Shown one piece after another: positions 56,328 to 64,000 of a stretch of DNA of 64,000 nt (its first letter is position 1; each line of letters begins with the position of its first letter). The notes beneath the pieces were generated by a model. The model saw only the letters and a program-made list of their open reading frames with translations. It was not told the origin of the DNA and did not search any database. Made by a program: the position numbers and the translations under genes. Source of the stretch: an uncultured Verrucomicrobiae bacterium (GTDB taxonomy: Bacteria; Verrucomicrobiota; Verrucomicrobiia; Palsa-1439); the NCBI GenBank assembly GCA_963812605.1, contig CAWEWF010000014.1:672001-736000 (forward strand). Reading direction: 5' to 3'.

Positions 56328-56711
56328 TTAGCGTTTGCCCGCCTGGTCAACCACGACGCGACGCTCGGTGGTTTCATCCACCATCCGCATGATGTCACCC
56401 CACTGCCCCGGCGATGGCACGGATGCCGCCGTGTAACCATTGAAGGCATCGAGCAGGTTGTGGACGGCGTTCAACATCAAACCGGTATTCGTGATCTGCA
56501 TGGAGGACGCGTCCTCGCCGTCGCGCCTGACTTCGCATAACGGCCAGTCACACGTTTTAACCATGTTCTTGATGACGGTCAGGACCTCGCTCCACTCGCT
56601 CTTGGAGGGCGTGTGCCACGATTGGAATGCCTCGCAATCCAATAATCCACAGGCGAGGGCATACTTCTCGTTGAGGAACTGATTAAATTCCACTCCGCCG
56701 ATCTGGCTCAT
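56328..56711 (-). CDS. Hypothetical protein
   Basis: AAAGGAG RBS, then MSQIGGVEFNQFLNEKY... Confidence 0.55.
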   Translation of the reverse strand: MSQIGGVEFNQFLNEKYALACGLLDCEAFQSWHTPSKSEWSEVLTVIKNMVKTCDWPLCEVRRDGEDASSMQITNTGLMLNAVHNLLDAFNGYTAASVPSPGQWGDIMRMVDETTERRVVVDQAGKR

Positions 56712-56899
56712 CGTCACAAAAATCTCCTTTGGCAGCGATATTTGTTGTAGCGCCGTGCTGCCTGCTGCGCCGCGACAATTCAGGATCTGGCCGGAGAGAA
56801 GCAGTTCGCTGAGGCCAACTGAAGCTTACACTGGATTGGGGAATAACCTAATTGTTTCGCGAGAAATCGCTACTGCTCGTCCGGTGCCAGCAGCCGCGA

Positions 56900-57460
56900 T
56901 TGGGGACTGCGGTCAGCGCCCGCGGCTACAGCGGCACGGCGGGAGGCGAAACCGCGAGGCCATCGCCATGCTATCGTTTTTCGATATTGACTTGTGGGGA
57001 TGTTGTTGTACGATTCGATCATGCACAGGAAGCAGACTTGGCCTACGGCGACCGTGAGCGGTCGTTGCTCTGAAGTACTGTCCCGTAGAACATCCAAGGG
57101 GCAGACCCCCTATATGCTTTCTGCGAAACGAACCCACCGTTTTTGGATGACATTTTTTGTGGAACATTCTTTGTATGTGAGAGTTGCGTTGGAAATGCTT
57201 GAAGAACTTCGGTGGGTTCGTTTTGGAAAACGAACCCACTTTTGGGGGGGTAAAACGGGAGATCGAAGGCGTTTTTAACCCGGTTTGGAGGGTTTTGGGG
57301 TGAAAGATCGACCATTGGTGAAGCGAATGCGCTCAAACGGCGGCAAGCGGGCCGCTTGCCCTACAAGGGAGACCTTGCGGTCTTACGAAGTGAGCGGTCG
57401 GGAGACCCGCGCACAACGGAGGCAGAATAAACGGGCGGGACGCCCGTTCCACTACGGAGA
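56900..57460. repeat. Cluster of heterogeneous REP-like hairpins
   Basis: CGCCCGCGGCTACA; GCGACCGTGAGCGGTCGT; GTGGGTTCGTTTTGGAAAACGAACCCAC; GGCAAGCGGGCCGCTTGCCCTACA; GCGGTCGGGAGACCCGC; ACGGGCGGGACGCCCGT. Confidence 0.65.
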
Positions 57461-57522
57461 GGCACAACGAGTCGGCAACAGTTATTAGGACGGTTCCCTA
57501 TCAAGGGGATACCGTTGAACGC

Positions 57523-57582
57523 TTGACTCTCTGGCTGGTGGCGATATAGTGAAGTTGGAATCGGACAAAAATTGTCGCATTT
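57523..57582 (+). promoter_or_regulatory. suf promoter with downstream palindrome
   Basis: TTGACT-N16-TATAGT followed by GACAA-AAA-TTGTC. Confidence 0.55.
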
Positions 57583-57619
57583 GAAATGTGGGGTCCGATG
57601 GCATCGAGGAAGACAGACC

Positions 57620-58390
57620 ATGGCTGATACGTTTGAAATTCAAGACTTACACGTCAACATCGAGGAGAAGGAGATTCTCAAGGGTGTGGATCTCGTGGTT
57701 CGCAAGGGCGAAGTGCATGCGTTGATGGGGCCGAACGGCTCGGGCAAGAGCACGCTGGCCAACGCGATCCTGGGCCATCCGAAGTACACGGTGACCAGTG
57801 GCAAGATCCTGATGAAGGGCGAGAACATCCTGGAGATGGAAACCGACGAACGCGCCCGCAAGGGCCTGTTCCTCGCCTTCCAGTACCCGTGCGAGGTGCC
57901 GGGCGTCCGCCAGTCCAATTTCCTGCGCCTGGCTTGCAGCGCGCGCGCGGGCCGCGACCTGGATGTCATGGATTTCTACAAGAAGCTCGAAGACAAGATG
58001 AAGGTGCTCGACATCGATGAGAAGTTCCTGAAGCGCTACCTCAACGAGGGGTTCTCGGGCGGCGAGAAGAAGCGTAACGAGATTTTGCAGATGATGATGC
58101 TCGAACCCGAGTTCGCCGTCATGGACGAGACGGATTCGGGCCTGGACATCGACGCGCTGAAAGTTGTGTCGCGCGGCGTGAATGAGTTGCGCGGCCCGAA
58201 CCTCGGCATCCTGATCATCACCCATTACGAGCGGATCCTGCGCTACATCAATCCCGATTTCGTGCACATCCTGGTCGACGGCAAGATCGTGAAGTCGGGC
58301 GGTCCCGATCTCGCCGCGCACCTCGAAGAGCACGGCTACGATTGGATCATCAAGGACGCGGAGACCGCCGCCGCGCCGGTGAAAGGTTAA
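57620..58390 (+). CDS. sufC: Fe-S assembly ATPase SufC
   Basis: MGPNGSGKSTL, FLAFQYP, NEGFSGGEKKRNEILQ, DETDSGLDIDAL. Confidence 0.97.
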   Translation: MADTFEIQDLHVNIEEKEILKGVDLVVRKGEVHALMGPNGSGKSTLANAILGHPKYTVTSGKILMKGENILEMETDERARKGLFLAFQYPCEVPGVRQSNFLRLACSARAGRDLDVMDFYKKLEDKMKVLDIDEKFLKRYLNEGFSGGEKKRNEILQMMMLEPEFAVMDETDSGLDIDALKVVSRGVNELRGPNLGILIITHYERILRYINPDFVHILVDGKIVKSGGPDLAAHLEEHGYDWIIKDAETAAAPVKG

Positions 58391-58394
58391 GACG

Positions 58395-59801
58395 ATGAGC
58401 ACTTCTACCGAACAAGTTTTGCCGGGAGCCTACAAGGAAGGTTTCCACGACGAGAACATCAAGGCCCTGCACAAGGTCCCGAAGGGCCCGACGCATGAAG
58501 TCATCGATTACATGTGCGACACGAAGGGCGAACCGGACTGGATGCGCCAGTTCCGCCATCGCAGCCTTGATTTGTTCTTTAAAGCGACCATCCCGGAGTG
58601 GATGCCCGGCTTGCGCGACATCGACTACGACGCGATCACCTATTACGCCAGCCCGATCGAGAAATCGGCGCGGCGCTGGGAGGATGTGCCGGAGGAAATT
58701 CGCCGCACGTACGACAAGCTGGGCATTGCCAAGGAAGAGCAGAAGCTTCTCGGCGGTCTCGGCGCGCAGATCGACAGCGAGATGGCGTATCACAACATCC
58801 AGGAGACGCTTTCCAAGCGGGGCGTGGTCTTCCTGAGTTGCGACGACGGCATGAAGGAGTATCCCGAGATTTTCAAGGAGCACTTCGCGAAATCGATCCC
58901 GCCCGAGGACAACAAGTTTGCGGCGCTCAACTCGGCGTTCTGGAGTGGCGGCTCGTTTGTGTACGTTCCCAAGGGCGTGAAGTGCGACGTCCCGTTGTCC
59001 GTGTACTTCCGCATCAACGCCGAGCAGTTCGGGCAATTCGAGCGCACGCTGATCATCTGCGAGGACGACAGCTTCTGCCATTATGTGGAAGGCTGCAGTG
59101 CGCCGGTGTACACGACCAATTCGTTGCACTCCGCGGTGGTCGAGATTTTCGTCAAGGACCGCGCGCGGTGCCGTTACACGACGATCCAGAACTGGTCGAC
59201 GGATGTTTACAACCTCGTGACCAAGCGCGCGTTTCTCTACAAGAAGGCCGTGATGGAATGGGTGGACGGCAATCTCGGCTCGAAGCGCACCGTGAAATAC
59301 CCGTCGTGCTACATGGTCGGCGAAGGCGCGCACGGCGAAATTCTGAGCCTCGCCAGTTCCGACAAGGGAATGTGGCAGGATGCGGGCGCGAAGCTGGTCT
59401 TTTTTGCGCCGAACTGCACGGGTCGCATCAACTCGAAATCGATCAGCGGCCACGGCGGGCGCGCCTCGTACCGCGGTTTGGTACAGGTCAACGAAGCGGC
59501 CAAGAACTGCCGGGTGCAGGTCAATTGCGACGCGCTGATTCTCGACGAGATCAGCCGTTCCGATACGTATCCCGTGATGGAAATCGACGGCGACCTCGCG
59601 ACGATCGAGCACGAGGCAAGCGTTTCCAATGTTTCCGAGGAACAGCTCTTTTACCTGCAGAGCCGCGGCATCAAGAAAGAGGACGCGGTCGCGATGATCG
59701 TCAACGGATTCATTGAGCCGATCGTCAAGGAGTTGCCGATGGAATTCGCCGTCGAGATCAACCGGCTCATCAACTTGCAGATGGAAGGTTCCGTCGGGTA
59801 A
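58395..59801 (+). CDS. sufB: Fe-S assembly protein SufB
   Basis: DNKFAALNSAFWSGGSF, GQFERTLII, YVEGCSAP, EHEASVS, YLQSRG, MEGSVG. Confidence 0.97.
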   Translation: MSTSTEQVLPGAYKEGFHDENIKALHKVPKGPTHEVIDYMCDTKGEPDWMRQFRHRSLDLFFKATIPEWMPGLRDIDYDAITYYASPIEKSARRWEDVPEEIRRTYDKLGIAKEEQKLLGGLGAQIDSEMAYHNIQETLSKRGVVFLSCDDGMKEYPEIFKEHFAKSIPPEDNKFAALNSAFWSGGSFVYVPKGVKCDVPLSVYFRINAEQFGQFERTLIICEDDSFCHYVEGCSAPVYTTNSLHSAVVEIFVKDRARCRYTTIQNWSTDVYNLVTKRAFLYKKAVMEWVDGNLGSKRTVKYPSCYMVGEGAHGEILSLASSDKGMWQDAGAKLVFFAPNCTGRINSKSISGHGGRASYRGLVQVNEAAKNCRVQVNCDALILDEISRSDTYPVMEIDGDLATIEHEASVSNVSEEQLFYLQSRGIKKEDAVAMIVNGFIEPIVKELPMEFAVEINRLINLQMEGSVG

Positions 59802-59845
59802 CACTGAATCGGTCCTCGGCGCTCATAGAGCGCCGCTACAGCGCC

Positions 59846-61084
59846 ATGACAACCGGATTCTCTCAGCAGACCCTCGAAGCCGTCGCCTCGGGCGAGCCCG
59901 GCTGGCTCACGTCCCAGCGGCGGACCGCGTGGCAGACATTTGAAAAGCTCCCGCTGCCGACCCGGCGGGACTTACAGTGGCAGCGCTTCGATATTCGCGG
60001 CCTCAAACTCGATAAAGTATCTCTGTCGCTCGAAAAGCCGGCCATCGTCGAACGGCTCACTCCCCTGCCCGCCGAATTGAGCAAGCAGGGTGTTATTTTT
60101 TGCGACATGGCCACCGCGCTCGCCAAACACGGCGACGTGCTGAAGGATTACCTCGGCAAGAGCATCGCACCTGACGAGCCGTCAAAATTCCAGGCCCTGC
60201 ACGCGGCGCTTTGGAAAAGTGGCGCGTTTCTTTATGTACCGCGCAACATTCGCTGCGAGCTACCGTTGGAAGTCGTGTACGAAATGGTCGGCCAGAACAC
60301 GGCGGGTTTCCCGCACACGCTGGTCGTTGTCGAACCCGGCGCGGAGGCCACGCTCGTGCAGAAGTTCATCGGCGGCCCAGCGGTGGGCACCAATGGCGCG
60401 CCCAGTATTCATGCAAGCGGCACGGAAGTCTTCGTGAAAGAAGGCGGTCATCTGCACTACATCAGCGAGCAGAATTTCTCGCCGAATGTTTACGATTTCA
60501 CGGCAAAGCGCGCGCATGTCGCCCGCGACGCGGAGATTGACTGGGTGCTCGGCATGTTCGGCGCGTCGTTCCAGCGTTACGATGTCGAATGCATCATGGA
60601 AGGCGAAGGCGGCATGAGTTTCATGTATGCCGTGGGCGTGCTCGACCAGCACCAGCAGTTCGGGCAATTCACGAAGCAGCATCACCGGACGGGCAATACG
60701 ACCAGCGACCTGATGTTCAAGAACGTGCTGCGTGATTCCGCTGTCAGCAATTACACGGGCGTGATCAAGGTGGAGAAGAACGCCAATGGCACCAACGCTT
60801 ACCAAGCCAATCGCAACCTGGTGCTCAGCAAGGAAGTTCGCTGCGACACGCGCCCGATTCTTGAGATTGAATCGAACCAGTTGCGTTGCACGCATGGGGC
60901 AACGGTCGGCCAATTGGAAGAGGACCAGCTTTTTTACCTGCGCAGTCGCGGGCTGACGCCGGAACTGGCGCGCGATGTTTTGATCGAGGCGTTTCTCGAT
61001 CCGGTGTTGGCGCGTATCCAGGTGGAAGCAGTGCAAAAGGAATTTGCCAAACTGGTGCACGACAAGGTGGTACGCAAACAATGA
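59846..61084 (+). CDS. sufD: Fe-S assembly protein SufD
   Basis: AYQANRNLVLS, PILEIE..CTHGATVGQL..LFYLRSRG. Confidence 0.93.
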   Translation: MTTGFSQQTLEAVASGEPGWLTSQRRTAWQTFEKLPLPTRRDLQWQRFDIRGLKLDKVSLSLEKPAIVERLTPLPAELSKQGVIFCDMATALAKHGDVLKDYLGKSIAPDEPSKFQALHAALWKSGAFLYVPRNIRCELPLEVVYEMVGQNTAGFPHTLVVVEPGAEATLVQKFIGGPAVGTNGAPSIHASGTEVFVKEGGHLHYISEQNFSPNVYDFTAKRAHVARDAEIDWVLGMFGASFQRYDVECIMEGEGGMSFMYAVGVLDQHQQFGQFTKQHHRTGNTTSDLMFKNVLRDSAVSNYTGVIKVEKNANGTNAYQANRNLVLSKEVRCDTRPILEIESNQLRCTHGATVGQLEEDQLFYLRSRGLTPELARDVLIEAFLDPVLARIQVEAVQKEFAKLVHDKVVRKQ

Positions 61085-62352
61085 TTGAAGTCCTCGATGA
61101 GGTGGAGTTGGAGGAGATCCGCGACGACTTTCCGGTGTTGCAGCAGAAAGTCCACGGCAAACCGCTGGTTTATTTCGACAATGCCGCCACTTCGCAGAAG
61201 CCGCGCGTCGTCATCGAGGCGCTGAACGACTACTACGAGCGTTACAACGCGAATGTCCATCGCGGCATCCACGCGCTGGCGGAGCGGGCCACCCGGGAAT
61301 ACGAGCGCGCCCGCGAGAAGATCACCAAATTTATCAACGCGCCCTCGCCGGAGTCCGTAATTTTCACGCGCGGCACGACCGAGGCGATCAACCTCGTCGC
61401 CTATTCCTGGGCGCAGGCCAATCTCAAGAAGGGCGACGAAATCCTGCTGACATTTATGGAGCACCACAGCAACACGGTGCCATGGTACCAGGTGTGCGAG
61501 CGCACCGGCGCGGTGATCAAGCGCATTGAGTTGAATCCCGACGGCACGCTGCGATTGGACGATCTTGACCAACTTATCACCGAGCGCACGAAACTTGTCG
61601 CCGTCACGCAACAATCCAATGTTCTCGGCACGATCAACCCGGTCCGCCTGATAGCGGATGCGGCGCACAAGAAAGGCGCGGTGATTCTCGTCGATGGCGC
61701 GCAGAGCGTGCCGCACATGCCGGTGGATGTGCAGGCGCTTGACTGCGATTTCTTTGTGTTCAGCGGCCACAAGATGTGCGGTCCAACGGCCAGCGGCGTC
61801 CTATATGGCCGGCGGGCGATTCTCGAAGCCATGCCGCCGTTCATGGGCGGCGGCGAGATGATCAAGGAAGTGTGGTTCGACCACGTGAAGTACAACGACC
61901 TGCCTTATAAATTTGAGGCGGGCACGCCGAACATCGCCGAGTCCATCGGCCTCGGGGTCGCTGTGGATTATCTCACGCGCATCGGCATGGAAAAAATTCG
62001 GCAACATGAAAAGGAAATCACGCAGTACGGTCTCGATTGCCTGAAGGACTTTCCCGAGATTACCGTCTATGGCCCTGAGGACGTCGAGAAGCGCGGCGGC
62101 CTGGTTACTTTTACGTTGGGCGATGTGCATCCGCACGACATTGCCACCTTTGCCGACCAGGACGGCATAGCGATCCGCGCGGGTCATCATTGCGCCATGC
62201 CGTTGCACAAGAAGCTGGGCCTTGCCGCGACGGCGCGCGCCAGTTTTTATCTTTATAATACCCGCGACGAAGTGGATGTGTTTATTGCCATGCTCCACAA
62301 GGCCAAGAAGTTTTTTGGCGCCTGCCCCACTGGTCGCGCGATGGGCTACTAG
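61081..62352 (+). CDS. sufS: Cysteine desulfurase SufS
   Basis: YFDNAATSQKP, NVHRGIH, FSGHKMCGP (PLP Lys), RAGHHCA. Confidence 0.96.
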   Translation: MIEVLDEVELEEIRDDFPVLQQKVHGKPLVYFDNAATSQKPRVVIEALNDYYERYNANVHRGIHALAERATREYERAREKITKFINAPSPESVIFTRGTTEAINLVAYSWAQANLKKGDEILLTFMEHHSNTVPWYQVCERTGAVIKRIELNPDGTLRLDDLDQLITERTKLVAVTQQSNVLGTINPVRLIADAAHKKGAVILVDGAQSVPHMPVDVQALDCDFFVFSGHKMCGPTASGVLYGRRAILEAMPPFMGGGEMIKEVWFDHVKYNDLPYKFEAGTPNIAESIGLGVAVDYLTRIGMEKIRQHEKEITQYGLDCLKDFPEITVYGPEDVEKRGGLVTFTLGDVHPHDIATFADQDGIAIRAGHHCAMPLHKKLGLAATARASFYLYNTRDEVDVFIAMLHKAKKFFGACPTGRAMGY

Positions 62353-62437
62353 CTCCGCACGGCGTCTGGTGTGACCAGTTTGGCGGTTTCAAATTGACCC
62401 ACTGCCGTGCCCGCACTAGTCTGACTTCGGAGGCACT

Positions 62438-62896
62438 ATGCAGGCATTATCGGTTGCGCAACTCATTCCGGTTCTTCAAACCGCCATTGGTCCCACGATT
62501 TTGATTTCGGGCGTGGGGTTGCTCCTGCTGACCATGACCAATCGGCTGGCGCGGACCATTGACCGCGCGAGAATCGTTGCCCGCGACCTTCCGGATGCGA
62601 ACGCGGCGGATCACACGAAGCATGCCGCGCAGCTTCGGGTTCTCTGGAAGCGCGCGCGCCTGATCCGTCTGTCCATTGCGCTGGCTTCCCTGAGCGCGCT
62701 TTTCGCCGCGATCCTGATCATCGTGCTGTTTGTGACAGCCTTGTTACGGATTGAGAACGTTTGGCTGATCTGCTCGCTGTTCATCATCTGCCTGGTTTGC
62801 CTGATTGGATCGCTCATGGTGTTCATCCACGACATCAATCAGGCCCTGGCGGCGTTGAAACTTGAGCTTGCGGGGAAGGACTTCGGTGGCGCCTGA
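62438..62896 (+). CDS. DUF2721 membrane protein
   Basis: AIGPTILISGVGLLLLTMTNRLARTIDRAR..RARLIRLSI; three TM helices. Confidence 0.85.
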   Translation: MQALSVAQLIPVLQTAIGPTILISGVGLLLLTMTNRLARTIDRARIVARDLPDANAADHTKHAAQLRVLWKRARLIRLSIALASLSALFAAILIIVLFVTALLRIENVWLICSLFIICLVCLIGSLMVFIHDINQALAALKLELAGKDFGGA

Positions 62897-62959
62897 AAAG
62901 AAAGTAAAATAAATTGAAACGAAAACAGGCTTCGCGCGTCTAAATTTACAGGAGGTCAT

Positions 62960-63130
62960 ATGAAAAACAGTGCCAAGAAGCACATTATGACATTGCAGGA
63001 CGTAATCGGCATCGTGTCGCGGTTTGCTCGCAACGACCATGAGACGAGCGCCGTTGTCGCCGATCTAATCAACCGCGGGTTGGTTCGCGTTCGGACCCGT
63101 GGTTATCCCCGCTGCATAGTCGTGCGGTAA
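62960..63130 (+). CDS. Small hypothetical protein (56 aa)
   Basis: AGGAGGT RBS; MKNSAKKHIMTLQDVIGIVSRFARNDHETSAVVADLINRGLVRV... Confidence 0.65.
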   Translation: MKNSAKKHIMTLQDVIGIVSRFARNDHETSAVVADLINRGLVRVRTRGYPRCIVVR

Positions 63131-63466
63131 TCAACGCTGTGTCGCATCAAGACGTGCGCGCAAGTTCGCGAGGAAAGCCTCGCGATCTTGGGGCGCGATT
63201 GTGAAGTTCCGTACGAAACCGCTCTTGCGGGGTATGGTTACGCGCCGGCACACAAACTTCCCCAAAGTATTGGTCCAGTGCTCGTTCCAGAACCGGAATT
63301 CGATATGAACGTCCTCTATGTCTTTGAGGGCCATTTTCCGCAAGGTGAATCCAAACCAAGTCACACGGATGTAGCAGTCATCGATCTCATATTGCATCTG
63401 GTGGATGCCATATAAGATCGTCGACATCAGAAACAGATCCAACACGACAATGCCCACAATCATCAT
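63131..63466 (-). CDS. Membrane-anchored hypothetical protein (PH-like); start uncertain
   Basis: TM segment, then YEIDDCYIRV..RKMALKDIEDV..FTIAPQDREAFL. Confidence 0.55.
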   Translation of the reverse strand: MMIVGIVVLDLFLMSTILYGIHQMQYEIDDCYIRVTWFGFTLRKMALKDIEDVHIEFRFWNEHWTNTLGKFVCRRVTIPRKSGFVRNFTIAPQDREAFLANLRARLDATQR

Positions 63467-63526
63467 TCGATACCAGCAGGCGTTTTTTCTTCTCGCAATC
63501 GCATCTTGTGGTAGCTTGGTGGCGTC

Positions 63527-63961
63527 ATGATGGAAGAGCTTTACCAGGAAATCATCCTTGATCACTATCGCCGTCCGCGCAACAAAGGCAAGGCGGAGCC
63601 TGCCGACATTTCAGCGCACGACTCCAACCCGCTGTGCGGCGACGAGATCGACGTGACGGCGAAACTGGTAAACGACAGGATTACTGAACTGAAGTTCGAT
63701 GGCAAAGGTTGTGCAATTTGCACGGCTTCCGCGTCGATCATGACCCAGAAGCTTGTCGGGAAAACCCTGGCGGAAGCCAGGCAGTTAATCGAAAGTTTCT
63801 TGAACATGATGCGCGGCGAGACGCCTTTTGGCGGCAAGGACATGGGGGACTTGAAAGCGCTGGAAGGTGTCCTGAAGTTTCCCGTGCGCGTCAAATGCGC
63901 CACGCTGGCATGGAATACCGCCCAGCAGGGTATCCAGGAACGTGCGACGAAAAAGCCCTGA
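63527..63961 (+). CDS. sufU: SUF-system SufU scaffold/sulfur-transfer protein
   Basis: ELYQEIILDHY, NPLCGDEI, GCAICTASAS, RVKCATLAW. Confidence 0.95.
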   Translation: MMEELYQEIILDHYRRPRNKGKAEPADISAHDSNPLCGDEIDVTAKLVNDRITELKFDGKGCAICTASASIMTQKLVGKTLAEARQLIESFLNMMRGETPFGGKDMGDLKALEGVLKFPVRVKCATLAWNTAQQGIQERATKKP

Positions 63962-64000
63962 GGCGAGCGGCGGCTCCAGCTCCCACAGCGATACGCTCAT

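Noticed and set aside
58350-59804. Long antisense ORFs over sufB and others (e.g. 5039-6100, 14313-15599, 45755-46921)
   Set aside because: Shadow ORFs typical of GC-rich coding DNA, opposite well-supported genes.

Overview
A 64 kb GC-rich bacterial chromosomal window. By inference it is Verrucomicrobiota/PVC-like (PEP-CTERM proteins, Thr/Asn-rich secreted proteins, many REP-type palindromes). Housekeeping genes include lepA (partial), a phosphoglucomutase/phosphomannomutase, rpe, infC-rpmI-rplT, thrS, tRNA-Val(GAC), acnA and sufCBDS..sufU, interleaved with accessory blocks. Many genes, including essential thrS and acnA, carry single-base frameshifts that are best explained as long-read consensus errors. 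Highlights: (1) a complete IS110 element (28209-29411) inserted at a CT core inside a REP flanking a RAYT transposase, with all four bridge-RNA guide segments readable in its non-coding left end; (2) inside a PEP-CTERM/two-component locus, two candidate undescribed structured ncRNA regions: a tandem pair of 161-nt pseudo-symmetric rod RNAs (48369-48718), and a 3 x ~118-nt array of covarying hairpins with AGGGA-N3/4-AGGGA loops (48920-49305) whose loop motif recurs at the RBS of a neighbouring PEP-CTERM gene; (3) an EF-hand/YHYH/MbnP-MbnH/two-component cluster next to a toxin-antitoxin islet bounded by a displaced copy of the peroxidase 3' end; (4) REP doublets translated in-frame inside enzymes. 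All calls come from reading the sequence; no database searches were run.
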